Below the pieces are notes generated by a model that did not search any database, was not told the origin of the DNA, and saw nothing but the letters and a program-made list of their open reading frames with translations. Positions 19,775-30,222 of a DNA stretch of 64,000 nucleotides are shown here, one piece after another. This stretch comes from Alphaproteobacteria bacterium (GTDB lineage Bacteria > Pseudomonadota > Alphaproteobacteria > CALKHQ01): positions 256,001 through 320,000 of the forward strand of contig CBDDFZ010000002.1 of assembly GCA_965227515.1 (NCBI GenBank), written 5' to 3'. The translations under genes and the position numbers were made by a program. Position 1 is the first letter of the stretch; every line of letters begins with the position of its first letter.

Positions 19775-20700
19775 GCCACGACACGCAGCAGGACACCGCA
19801 TTGGGTGTCGACATCGGCGGCACCAAGACGCTCGCCGGTCTTGTCGCCGAGGGCCACGTCCTGGCGCGCGACCTGAGACCGACGGCGCGCGATGCCGGCG
19901 CCGACGACTGGATGGCGGCGACTGCCGGCCTGGCGCAGAACTGGCCGGGGCGGTTCGGCTGCGCCGGCGTGGCGGTGACCGGAGTGGTCGCGGACGGGCT
20001 CTGGTCGCCGCTCAATCCCGGCATCTTGAACGTGCCGCCGGGCTTCCCGCTGGTCGCGCGGCTGGAACAGTTGCTCGGCGTGCCGGTGCTGGCGGTCAAC
20101 GATGCGCAGGCGGCGGCCTGGGGCGAGTTCCGGCACGGTGCCGGCCGTGGCACGTCCTCGTTGGTGTTCGCCACCGTGTCGACCGGGCTCGGCGGCGGCG
20201 TGATCGTCGACGGCAAACTCGTCGTCGGACGGCGGGGCGTCGCCGGCAGCCTGGGCCAGCTCGCACCTCGCGCGCCGGATGCGGTGAGGATGGAGGACAC
20301 GCTGTCGGGCCAGTGGATGGCATGGCAGGCCGCGGCCGATGGCCACGACCTGGATGCCGCAGGCGTGCTCGCGGCGGCGGACGCGCGCGAGGACTGGGCG
20401 GAGCACATCGTCGGCCAGTCGGTCGAGCGGCTGTCGACCCTGCTCGCCGACCTGCACTACCTGCTCGACCCCGACCGCATCATCATCGGCGGTGGCCTCG
20501 GCCTGCGGCCCACCTACCTGGACCGGCTGCGCGCACGCGTGGCCGCCACCCGCACCCATGCCGCCATCGACATCGTGCCGGCCGCGCTTGGCGCCGACGC
20601 CGGCATCGTCGGCGCGGCGGATCTGGCGGCGGCGCGCTTCCAGTCATCGACAATGCAACCAGAACCACGAACAGAGGAGAGCCGAGAATGCGCACACTGA
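19771..20700 (+). CDS. ROK family sugar kinase (NanK-like)
   Basis: Motifs GVDIGGTK, NDAQAAAWGE, TVSTGLGGG and IIGGG. ATGA overlap with nanE. Confidence 0.85.
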   Translation: MSHDTQQDTALGVDIGGTKTLAGLVAEGHVLARDLRPTARDAGADDWMAATAGLAQNWPGRFGCAGVAVTGVVADGLWSPLNPGILNVPPGFPLVARLEQLLGVPVLAVNDAQAAAWGEFRHGAGRGTSSLVFATVSTGLGGGVIVDGKLVVGRRGVAGSLGQLAPRAPDAVRMEDTLSGQWMAWQAAADGHDLDAAGVLAAADAREDWAEHIVGQSVERLSTLLADLHYLLDPDRIIIGGGLGLRPTYLDRLRARVAATRTHAAIDIVPAALGADAGIVGAADLAAARFQSSTMQPEPRTEESRECAH

Positions 20701-22013
20701 GGAACCGACTGGCGGTGTCCACCGCGGTCGTCGCAATGCTGTCGGCGGGGGCCGCACAGGCGGACGTAACGGTGCTCGGTTGGCCGGGCGGGCCGGAGGA
20801 GGAGGCGATCCGCGTGGCGGCCGCCACCTATAACGAGCTGCCGACCACGGCCGAGGAAGACATGGTCGATGTCATCTTCTTCAACCGTGACGGCTTCTGG
20901 GACAAGCTGCAGGCCGACATGGCGGCCGGCACGACCGAGTTCGACATCAACCTGACCGCAACCTACGCCGTCGGCCGCTATTCGCCGTTCATGACGCCGC
21001 TGGACCTGCCGGAAAGCGCGGCGGACGTGTTCGGGGAAAGCGTGCTCAAGACCATGCAGTACGAGGGTGTGCAGTACGGCGTGCCGGTCGAGCTGTCGCT
21101 TCACTTCATGTACTTCCGCAGCGACCTGATCGACGAGCTGCTGAGCAATGCCGACTGGCAGGCGCGCTACGGCGAGATCAGTGCGGAGCATATGGGCACG
21201 GCAATGACGCCCAAGGCGCCTGACGAGTGGACCTGGGACGACTACGCCGCCACGGCGCTCTTTTTCACCCAGAGCATCAACGAGGACAGCCCGGTCCGCT
21301 ACGGCACCGTGCTGCAGATGAAGAACCTGCTGTTCAACATGATGATCTGGCACTCGACCGCCCGCTCGGAGGGTGGCGACTGGATGGACGCGGACGGCAA
21401 CATCACCGTCGACTCCGACGCCTTCCGCCAGGGCCTTGAACTCTACAAGATGCTCTACGATGCCGGCGCCAGCCCGCGCGATTCGCTGAGCTACGAGTAT
21501 GCCGAGGCCAATTCCGCCTTCGGCTCCGGCCAGGCGGCGACCATGCTGCAGTGGAACGCGGCGGCGACCGATCTGCTCGATCCGGTGAAGACACCGGCAG
21601 TGGCCGAGGTGACCGGCACCGTTGCCCCGCCGGCCGGCTCCCAGGGCCGCTTCACCCATATCCATGGCCTCGGGTTCGGCATCAATGCCAATGCCGAGAA
21701 CCCGGAGGGTGCGAAGCGGTTCCTCGACTGGCTGGCGTCCGAGGAGGCGATGCTGATCTATGCCGTCGCCGGCGGCTCGCCCGCGCTGTCGCCTGATGTG
21801 GTCGGCCAGATCGCCGAGGAGCGCCCGCCGCTGGTCTCGCTGGGCAGCTATGCCGGCGACTACGGCTTCGTGATGAACGGCGGCACGGCGGAATCGGCGC
21901 TCAGCGTCTATGAGCTGCAGGCGCAGGAGTTCACCGGCTACTGGGCCGGCGAGCAGTCGCTCGACGACGCTCTTGCCAATGTCGAAGCCGGCATGGCTGA
22001 GCTGTTGAAGTGA
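20688..22013 (+). CDS. Sugar ABC transporter substrate-binding protein
   Basis: Signal peptide ending AAQA. SD GAGGAG. Motifs YGVP, TWDD and AKRFLDWL. Lies upstream of two EAA-motif permeases. Confidence 0.85.
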   Translation: MRTLRNRLAVSTAVVAMLSAGAAQADVTVLGWPGGPEEEAIRVAAATYNELPTTAEEDMVDVIFFNRDGFWDKLQADMAAGTTEFDINLTATYAVGRYSPFMTPLDLPESAADVFGESVLKTMQYEGVQYGVPVELSLHFMYFRSDLIDELLSNADWQARYGEISAEHMGTAMTPKAPDEWTWDDYAATALFFTQSINEDSPVRYGTVLQMKNLLFNMMIWHSTARSEGGDWMDADGNITVDSDAFRQGLELYKMLYDAGASPRDSLSYEYAEANSAFGSGQAATMLQWNAAATDLLDPVKTPAVAEVTGTVAPPAGSQGRFTHIHGLGFGINANAENPEGAKRFLDWLASEEAMLIYAVAGGSPALSPDVVGQIAEERPPLVSLGSYAGDYGFVMNGGTAESALSVYELQAQEFTGYWAGEQSLDDALANVEAGMAELLK

Positions 22014-22023
22014 CGCATTGTTT

Positions 22024-22051
22024 GGCGGGGGTGCCTTCCGGCGCCTCCGCC
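22024..22051 (+). terminator. GC-rich hairpin after the binding-protein gene (terminator or mRNA stabiliser)
   Basis: GGCGGGGGTGCC-TTCC-GGCGCCTCCGCC stem-loop with no U-tract. Confidence 0.4.
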
Positions 22052-22124
22052 TCGCAGACAAACGCTTCGTCGCCCTCGCCATGAAGCTACTGAATTCAGA
22101 TGTTTTGGCGGTCGGCGATCATAT

Positions 22125-22357
22125 CTCCTCTCCCCACCGCGTGGCGGTGCGGGAGAGGAAGGGGCCCAGCCGAAGGCTGGGAAGGTGAGGGGCGTGGCGC
22201 AATTGGTTGCGATCTCACGATGCCGGGGGCAAGCGGATGACGTTCTTGTCCGCAATTCCGTGAGGACGTATCAACCGGGGCCCCGGCCCTCACCCTCCCG
22301 CAAACCTACGGTTCGCGGGCCCCTCCCTCTCCCGCGCGTTCCGCTGGGAGAGGGGAA
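22125..22357. repeat. Bipartite palindromic intergenic repeat (CCCTCTCCC...GGGAGAGG class, REP/MITE-like)
   Basis: The left arm 22125-22193 (CTCTCCCCACCGC..GCGGGAGAGG..GGTGAGGGGC) is an imperfect inverted copy of the right arm 22286-22357 (GCCCTCACC..CCCTCTCCCGC..GGGAGAGGGG). Confidence 0.7.
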
Positions 22358-22425
22358 GTGAAGGCAATCCGGAGTTGTGGGCATGCCGTAGCCACAAGGG
22401 CGAGGACGACGAAGGTGCACTGTTG

Positions 22426-23295
22426 GTGAACCGAAAGCGACACCCGGAATCCGTGCCGCTGATTGCGCCGGTCACCGGCTTCCTGCTGCTGTTCCTGGCC
22501 TTCCCGCTGATCGTCAACATGGTCTACAGCGTGTCGCAGGTCTCGTTCGAGAACCTGCGCGCGCCAGAGATCGAGGGCTTCGGCAACTACGTCGAGGTGC
22601 TGGGCGACGAGCGATTCTGGCAGGCCACCGGCTTCTCGTTCAAGTTCGGCCTGCTGACCGCGACGGTCGAAACCGTGCTCGGGCTGGCGCTGGCGGTGTT
22701 CCTGGCCCCGCTGCTGAACAAGCGTCCCTGGCTGATGGCCATCCTGATGATGCCGATGATGGTGGCGCCGGCCATGGTCGGGCTGATGTACCGCCTGGTG
22801 CTGCACGAGTTCGTCGGCCCGGTGCCGCATTATTTATGGACATGGTTCGGCGACAGCCCGTCGTTCCTGGATGCGCAGTCCGCGTTCTGGACCCTGACCG
22901 TCATCGAGACGCTGCAGTGGACCCCGTTCGCGCTGGTCATTCTCTACAGCGCCTACCAGTCGATCCCGTCGGCGGTGGTGGAGGCCGCGCGGATCGACGG
23001 CGCCAGCCCACTGCAGAATTTCATGCGCATCGAGCTGCCGCTCTTGATGCCGACCCTGGTCGCCGTCGCGATGATCCGGTTCATCGATGGCTTCCGGGTG
23101 TTCGACAATGTGTACACCCTGACCGGTTCCGGGGCCGGCGGGTCGACCACCAGCCTGTCGATCTACATCTACCTCGCCTTCTTCCGCGAGGGCGCGATCG
23201 GCAAGGCCGTGGCCGCCTCCATCGTGTTGCTGGTCGTCTCGTTCCTGGTCCTCTACCTGATCAATCGCCTGGCGATGCGGCGGGCGGTCACATGA
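22426..23295 (+). CDS. Carbohydrate ABC transporter permease
   Basis: GFGNY, EAARIDGA and hydrophobic segments. Start codon approximate. Confidence 0.88.
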   Translation: MNRKRHPESVPLIAPVTGFLLLFLAFPLIVNMVYSVSQVSFENLRAPEIEGFGNYVEVLGDERFWQATGFSFKFGLLTATVETVLGLALAVFLAPLLNKRPWLMAILMMPMMVAPAMVGLMYRLVLHEFVGPVPHYLWTWFGDSPSFLDAQSAFWTLTVIETLQWTPFALVILYSAYQSIPSAVVEAARIDGASPLQNFMRIELPLLMPTLVAVAMIRFIDGFRVFDNVYTLTGSGAGGSTTSLSIYIYLAFFREGAIGKAVAASIVLLVVSFLVLYLINRLAMRRAVT

Positions 23296-23308
23296 GGCGG
23301 GCGGCCAC

Positions 23309-24139
23309 ATGAGGCACGTGCTCCATGCATCGCGCTGGGTCGTGTTCGTCATCTTTGCCCTGGCGATGAACATTCCGGTGATCGTGACCCTGATCACCTC
23401 CCTGAAGACGCCGGCCGAGATCTCGGTCAACGCCAGCCTGTGGATCGACGCGCCGACGCTGTCGAACTACGTGCGCGTATTCGAGCAAAGCGACCGGTTC
23501 GATGCGCTGGGCTATCTGTTGAACAGCCTGGCCGCCGCCGGTTTCGGCGCGATTGCCGCGATCCTGCTGGCGCTGCCGGCCGCCTATGCGATGGCGCGCC
23601 ACGGGGTCGGCCGCAACCTGCTGCTGCCGGCGATCCTGAACCTGCGCGCGGTGCCGCTGATCATCTTCGCGATCCCGATCTACATGATGTATCAGTGGCT
23701 TGGCCTGCTCGACACCCAGATCGGCCTCGGCCTGATCCTGACCATCGTCAACCTGCCGCTGGCGCTGATCATGCTGGTCAATGCCATCGACGCGGTGCCG
23801 GAGGAACTGGACGAGGCAGCGCGCATCGACGGTGCCAACGTCTGGACCGTCTTGACCCGCGTCATCGCCCCGATGTGCAGCGCGACCCTGGCCGCGACCC
23901 TGATTTTCGGGTTCATCACCGCATGGAACGAGTTCCTGTTCGGCCTGATGCTGACCACCCGGTCGGCCGTCCCGATGACGGTGGGCGCGTCGTTCTTCTT
24001 CGCGGCCAGCGGCGGCGGCGTCGACTGGGGCACGGCGGCGGCGGTGATGATCATCGGGGCGCTGCCCCCCACCTTGCTCGGCCTGCTGATGTATCGGCAG
24101 ATCGGCCGCTCGCTGTCGGCCGGCGCGGTGAAGGGATAG
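23309..24139 (+). CDS. Carbohydrate ABC transporter permease
   Basis: Motifs PTLSNY, ELDEAARIDGA and AWNEFLF; ends GAVKG. Confidence 0.9.
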   Translation: MRHVLHASRWVVFVIFALAMNIPVIVTLITSLKTPAEISVNASLWIDAPTLSNYVRVFEQSDRFDALGYLLNSLAAAGFGAIAAILLALPAAYAMARHGVGRNLLLPAILNLRAVPLIIFAIPIYMMYQWLGLLDTQIGLGLILTIVNLPLALIMLVNAIDAVPEELDEAARIDGANVWTVLTRVIAPMCSATLAATLIFGFITAWNEFLFGLMLTTRSAVPMTVGASFFFAASGGGVDWGTAAAVMIIGALPPTLLGLLMYRQIGRSLSAGAVKG

Positions 24140-24214
24140 GTGAACAGGACGAATCCATCGGCTGGCCACGTCGCGGCTTGGGTGCTACAGAGCGCGGTCT
24201 TGAAGGGGGAAGCG

Positions 24215-25351
<1,137 letters not shown>

Positions 25352-25367
25352 TTTTTTGCATGCGCGA

Positions 25368-25454
25368 AGTCGGCTCCAGCCCGCACCCCCTCCCGGCCAC
25401 CCAACGATAGTATGCTGTCTGGGTGGCCGGGAGGGGGTGCGGGCTGGCGCAGAT
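25368..25454. repeat. Long GC-rich hairpin repeat, copy 1
   Basis: Perfect 28-bp stem (25376-25403 pairing with 25420-25447) around loop ACGATAGTATGCTGTC. A related copy lies at 34061-34146. Confidence 0.75.
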
Positions 25455-25523
25455 CAAACGCCAAGAGTCCTAGCTTTTTGCATCAGCCAAGCACCTGACA
25501 GTCATCAACAAGGGGGAGCTTCC

Positions 25524-26633
25524 ATGACCGACAAGCCGTCCATCCTGCCTGCAACCACACGCCGCCGGTTCCTGCGCACCGGTGCCGCCACCGTTGGCGC
25601 GGCGGCGGTCTCCGCACCGTTCGTGCACCGCGCGGCCGCCCAGGAAAAGCCCAGCGAGATCATCGTGCGCGCCTGGGGCGGTGCCTGGGGCGAGGCGCTG
25701 CAGGCCGGCGTGGCCGACAGCTTCTCGGCCGAAACCGGCGTCGGCGTGCGCTTCGACTACACCGAGGACAACGAGATCCGGCCGAAGATCTGGGCCGCGA
25801 TCGACCAGGGCCGGGTGCCGCCGATCCACGTCAACTGGGACACCAGCACCAACGCCACCATCTCCGCCCAGCGCGGCGTGACGGTCGCGTTGGACGACCT
25901 GCCGAACCTGGAGGGCCTGCTGCCGGCGGCCAAGCCGGCGGGCATCGACGGCTATCCGTTCGTCAACACCTACTCCTACGTCTATGTCTGCGCCTACCGC
26001 GACGAGGCGTTCCCCGACGGCCCGCCGGAATCCTGGCGCATCATGCTGGACCCGCAATACAAGGGCCGCATCGCGCTCTATGACGACGGCATCGGCTTCA
26101 ACCCGATCGCGGTCATCGCCGGCGGCGGTACCTTCGCCGACATTCCGGACAACATGGAGCCGGGCTGGGAGTTCTATCGCCAGCTCAAGGAGCAGGAGCC
26201 GCTGCTGGGCGAGGACCCGGACTTCACCACCTGGTTCCAGCAGGGCGAGATCGACCTGGCCTGCACCATCAGCGTGAACGCGCGCGCCGCCAAGCAGAGC
26301 GGCATCGCCGTGAGCTGGACGGTGCCGGAGGAGGGCTGCAAGGTCGACACCGACGGGCTGTGGATCCCGCAGAACCTGCCGGAGAACGAGGAATACTGGT
26401 CGAAGCAGTTCGTGAACCACGCGCTGAGCGCCACCGCGCAGCAGGAGTGGTGCAGCCTGCTCGGCCTGCCGCCGGTCTATCCGGGGCTGGAGCCGCCGGC
26501 CGACCTGGTGGGCGACCCGGCCTACCCGACCACGCCGGAGGACTTCGAGGCCCTGGTCTCGGTGCCGAGCCCGGTGCTGGTGGAGCACCAGCAGACCTGG
26601 TTCACCAAGTTCAACGAGATCATGCAGGGGTAG
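25524..26633 (+). CDS. PotD/PotF-like extracellular solute-binding protein with a Tat signal
   Basis: Twin-arginine leader TRRRFLRTGAA. Motifs WGG, PESW, YKGRIAL and VPEEG. SD GGGGGAG. Confidence 0.85.
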   Translation: MTDKPSILPATTRRRFLRTGAATVGAAAVSAPFVHRAAAQEKPSEIIVRAWGGAWGEALQAGVADSFSAETGVGVRFDYTEDNEIRPKIWAAIDQGRVPPIHVNWDTSTNATISAQRGVTVALDDLPNLEGLLPAAKPAGIDGYPFVNTYSYVYVCAYRDEAFPDGPPESWRIMLDPQYKGRIALYDDGIGFNPIAVIAGGGTFADIPDNMEPGWEFYRQLKEQEPLLGEDPDFTTWFQQGEIDLACTISVNARAAKQSGIAVSWTVPEEGCKVDTDGLWIPQNLPENEEYWSKQFVNHALSATAQQEWCSLLGLPPVYPGLEPPADLVGDPAYPTTPEDFEALVSVPSPVLVEHQQTWFTKFNEIMQG

Positions 26634-26682
26634 GTCGAGAGCGTTCTCGGCATTGCCACTAGCGATCCACGTTCACCAAATA

Positions 26683-26812
26683 CGTCATGGTCGGGCTTGT
26701 CCCGACCATCCACGTCTTCCTTTGGCCGCCCCAATGGAAAACTGCGCGGCCATCTCGTGGATGCCTCCTCGGATCAAGTCCGAGGACAGGCTCCACAAGT
26801 GCGGGCATGACG
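26683..26812. repeat. CGTC-type REP doublet with a nested extra hairpin
   Basis: CGTCATGGTCGGGCTTGTCCCGACCATCCACG ... CGTGGATGCC[TCCTCGGATCAAGTCCGAGGACAGGCTC]CACAAGTGCGGGCATGACG. Confidence 0.75.
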
Positions 26813-26843
26813 ATGGATTTGTGATGTCGTCCATCAACAACAC

Positions 26844-26970
26844 TGTCATCCTTGACCGAGGCCAACTTCTTGGCCGAGCGTCGAGGATCCATGGTTGCGT
26901 TCGCGCGATGCCCGAAATGGATCCTCGGCGCTGCGCCCAACGTGACGTTGGGCTCCGGCCAAGGATGACA
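26844..26970. repeat. Second GTCATCC...GGATGAC REP doublet
   Basis: TGTCATCCTTG..GAGGATCCAT and ATGGATCCTCG..CAAGGATGACA form inverted arms, each with an internal hairpin. Confidence 0.7.
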
Positions 26971-26975
26971 GGTCT

Positions 26976-27932
26976 TTGGCGCTGAAATTGGCCTACCAGT
27001 CCAACCACCCCATCCCCCTGCGCTGGCGGGTGCTGGACGCCGCCGAGGCGGTGGCCGCCGTCCTGTGGCCGGGACCGTGCCGGCGGCTGACCGGCTGGCT
27101 TCTGCTGGCGCCGGCGCTGCTGCTGGTCGGCTTGCTCGCCGCCGGCCTGGTCTACATTGCCGATTTCAGCTTTCGCGCGCTCGACCCGGCGACCTACAGG
27201 CTGGTCGACGAGTATTCGCTGGCGAACTTCCAGACCGTCGCCGAGCAGACGGTCTATCTCGACATCATGCTGCGCAGCGCGCTGGCGGCGGTCATCGTCA
27301 CCCTGGTGACGCTGGTCCTGGCGTTCCCCTACGCCTATGTCATGGTGCGCACGCCGTCGCGCTGGACCCGCAAGCTGCTGCTGATCTGCCTGTTCCTGCC
27401 GTTCTTCATCGGCCAGGTCGTGCGCGCCTATGGCTGGCTGATCATCCTGGGCCAGCAGGGGCTGATCAACCAGGCGCTGGGCTGGTTCGGGGTCGAGCCG
27501 CTCGACCTGCTCTACAACTACGGCGCCGTGCTGCTCGGCCTGGTCCAGTACATGCTGCCGTTCGCGGTGCTGATGCTGGCGCCGGCGCTGACCGCGATCC
27601 CGGAAGAAGTGGAGCAGGCGTCGGAAAGCCTGGGCGCCAACTGGTGGCGCACCTTCCTCCACGTCGTCATCCCGATGGCCAAGCCGGGGCTGGTCGGCGC
27701 CTCGGTGGTGGTGTTCACGCTCACCATCACCGACTTCGCGATGCCGGAGATCCTGGGCGGCGGCACCATCGATTTCATCGCCAACGCGATCTATGACGGC
27801 TTTTTCCAGATCGCCAATGCCGGCCTGGGCTCCGCGCTCGCCATCGTGCTGGTGCTACTGGCGAGCACCCTGGTGGCGCTGATCTTCGGGCTGCTCGGCG
27901 CGGGCACGCTCTCGTTCGTGGCACGCCGATAA
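26976..27932 (+). CDS. ABC transporter permease, PotB-like
   Basis: Motifs VVRAYGW, GLIN, YMLPF and EQASESLGA. TTG start. Confidence 0.88.
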   Translation: MALKLAYQSNHPIPLRWRVLDAAEAVAAVLWPGPCRRLTGWLLLAPALLLVGLLAAGLVYIADFSFRALDPATYRLVDEYSLANFQTVAEQTVYLDIMLRSALAAVIVTLVTLVLAFPYAYVMVRTPSRWTRKLLLICLFLPFFIGQVVRAYGWLIILGQQGLINQALGWFGVEPLDLLYNYGAVLLGLVQYMLPFAVLMLAPALTAIPEEVEQASESLGANWWRTFLHVVIPMAKPGLVGASVVVFTLTITDFAMPEILGGGTIDFIANAIYDGFFQIANAGLGSALAIVLVLLASTLVALIFGLLGAGTLSFVARR

Positions 27933-27948
27933 TGAGAAAGCTCAATTG

Positions 27949-28749
27949 ATGCGCGGCGCCCGGTCCAAGAAGATCGTCCTGTGGGGCATCGTCTGGTTCA
28001 ACCTGATCTGCCTCGGCCTGCCGACGCTGATCGTGCTCGCGGCCTCGTTCACATCGGGCGATATCGTGACCTTCCCGCCGGACGGGCTGTCACTGCGCTG
28101 GTACGAGCGGCTGCTGGAGCGCGGCGAGTTCATCGACGCCTTCCTGCGCTCGTTGTGGGTGGCGGTGGTCTGCACCCTGGTCGCGATCCCCATCGGCACG
28201 CTGGCCGCGGTCGCCATGGTGCGCTACCGCATCCGCTTCCTCACCGGCATCCAGGTCTACCTGCTGCTGCCGTTCACGATCCCGCTGATCGTCTCCGGCA
28301 TCGGGCTGATGCTGATCTTCGGCGAGCTGCGGCTGCTGGGCCAGCTCTGGCCGGTCGGCATCGCCGCCTGCGTGATCAACCTGCCTTTTATGATCTGGGC
28401 GGTCAGCGCCAGCGTGAACGCGCTCGACCCCGACCTGGAGCTGGCCGCCGCCAGTTGCGGGGCACCGCCCCTGCAGGTGTTCCTGACGGTGACACTGCCG
28501 GCGGTGCTGCCGGGCGTGATCAGCGGCGCGCTGTTGATGTTCATCCTGGCGTTCAACGAGTTCATCGTCAGCCTGCTCTTGGTCGACGCCCGCATCGTCA
28601 CCCTGCCGGTGTCGATCTACAACTCGATCCGCAGCCTGATCACGCCCGACCTCGCCGCGGTCTCGGTGGTCTATATCGTGGTTGCGGTGGCGGCGATCTG
28701 GCTGCTCGACCGGCTGGTCAGCCTGGACGTGTTCCTGAAGTCGAAGTGA
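27949..28749 (+). CDS. ABC transporter permease, PotC-like
   Basis: Motifs FPPDGLSLRWY, LELAAASCGA, FNEF and TLPV. Confidence 0.88.
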   Translation: MRGARSKKIVLWGIVWFNLICLGLPTLIVLAASFTSGDIVTFPPDGLSLRWYERLLERGEFIDAFLRSLWVAVVCTLVAIPIGTLAAVAMVRYRIRFLTGIQVYLLLPFTIPLIVSGIGLMLIFGELRLLGQLWPVGIAACVINLPFMIWAVSASVNALDPDLELAAASCGAPPLQVFLTVTLPAVLPGVISGALLMFILAFNEFIVSLLLVDARIVTLPVSIYNSIRSLITPDLAAVSVVYIVVAVAAIWLLDRLVSLDVFLKSK

Positions 28750-28799
28750 GCATGCGCTGCGGCCGGCCACCATTGGCGGCCAGCCGCGTGCGTTGGGGA

Positions 28800-29174
28800 T
28801 TACAGGATTTCAGCGGAACAGGTGAACGAGGGACGATCGGTGCCGACGACCAGGGCTTCACCGGGGGCAAGGCCGTTGGGTCCAACTTGCGCGATGCCTT
28901 GGGCGCCATGGCTTGTCGACCAGGCGAGCTGAGTCCCCGCCGCCAGGGCAAGAACTGACTGGTTGCGCAGCACGACGCTCGCCGCGACATCGCCACCGCC
29001 CATTCGGCAATCGACGAACAATGGCAACAGTACGATGTCGCTCACCGGGTCCACGGAGATGACATTGGGGTTGATCGTGCCAATGGTCGGCGGCAAGCCG
29101 TCGGCCTCGGCGGTGCCGATGGCGATCAGGGATGCAAGTGCTGCAATTGCGATAGAGATTTGGGGGGCCTTCAT
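28800..29174 (-). CDS. Small secreted hypothetical protein
   Basis: Signal peptide ending AEA. SD AGGAG upstream. Two Cys residues and a beta-rich pattern. Fills the gap between converging genes. Confidence 0.65.
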   Translation of the reverse strand: MKAPQISIAIAALASLIAIGTAEADGLPPTIGTINPNVISVDPVSDIVLLPLFVDCRMGGGDVAASVVLRNQSVLALAAGTQLAWSTSHGAQGIAQVGPNGLAPGEALVVGTDRPSFTCSAEIL

Positions 29175-29275
29175 CGATCGAACTCCTGTTCGTTCTTAGG
29201 GTTAATCGCGAGAGTGCGATGTCTCTTGGTCGCAATGGGCACGGACAATGTTCAGTGCTCTTGAATATCGGCGGC

Positions 29276-30043
29276 TCAAATCGACGCCATGTAGCCGCCG
29301 TCGATGTAGAGGAGCTGGCCGGTCACATAGGCCGCCGCGTCGGACGCCAGGAACACCGTGGCGCCGACCAGGTCGTCCAGCCGGCCGAACCGGCCCATCG
29401 GGATCTTGGCCAGCATCGCGTCCTGCCAGCCCTGGTCCTCGTAGAACCCCTCGGTCATCGCGGTGCGGAAATAGCCGGGGCCGATGCCGTTGACCCGGAT
29501 GCCGCGCGGCGCCCATTCGGCGGCGAGCGCGCGGGTCATGCCCAACAGCCCGCTCTTCGACGAGGTGTAGGGCACGGCGGTCGGGATGCCGACGCCCGAT
29601 GTCAGCGAGCAGACGTTGACGATGGAGCCGGTATCGCTACGCGCCAGCACCGTGCGGGCGAAGGCCTGGGCGCAGAAGAACGCGCCCTTCAAATTGGTGT
29701 CGACGATCCGGTCCCAGGTCGCTTCGTCGACATCGGTCGACGGTGCGACGCTCTCGAAGCCGGCGTTGTTGATCAGGATCGAGGGCGCCCAGCCGGCATC
29801 GGCGACCGCTTGCCAGGCATCGCGGATCGACGCCGTGTCGGCGACGTCGCACGCGACGCGCAGGCTGCGGCGGCCGCAGGCCTCCACCTGCGCCGCCGTC
29901 TCCGCCATGTCGTCCGGGGTGCGGCCGAGCAGGGCGACATCGGCCCCAGCCTCGGCCAGGCCGACGGCCAGTGCCGCGCCGATGCCACGGCTGGCGCCCG
30001 TGACGGCTGCGGTACGCCCTTCCAAGGAAAACTGCGACGCCAT
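29276..30043 (-). CDS. SDR oxidoreductase (KduD / gluconate 5-dehydrogenase-like)
   Basis: Motifs TGASRGIG, NNAG, YTSSK, VNGIGPGYFRT and DGG. Confidence 0.88.
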   Translation of the reverse strand: MASQFSLEGRTAAVTGASRGIGAALAVGLAEAGADVALLGRTPDDMAETAAQVEACGRRSLRVACDVADTASIRDAWQAVADAGWAPSILINNAGFESVAPSTDVDEATWDRIVDTNLKGAFFCAQAFARTVLARSDTGSIVNVCSLTSGVGIPTAVPYTSSKSGLLGMTRALAAEWAPRGIRVNGIGPGYFRTAMTEGFYEDQGWQDAMLAKIPMGRFGRLDDLVGATVFLASDAAAYVTGQLLYIDGGYMASI

Positions 30044-30222
30044 TGCTCTCCCCCATTTTCCACTATGGGCGCGCAATGGAGCACAGTCGAACCGCGGGCG
30101 CCAGCCGCCGGCCGGCCCAGTCGTGAGTAGCTCGCCGTAAGCGCAACGTCACTTTCGCGGTCGGGCGCATGCGGCTATCGTTGCCGCAGGCGTTGGTTCA
30201 CCCACCAGCTTTGGAGGCGCAC

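Noticed and set aside
15872-19801. 1309-aa minus-strand ORF
   Set aside because: Antisense shadow of asnB, gntR and nanE. It has no motifs, and such long ORFs are expected in high-GC DNA.
26683-26970. Possible CRISPR array
   Set aside because: The repeats are inverted pairs rather than regularly spaced direct repeats, and no cas genes are present.
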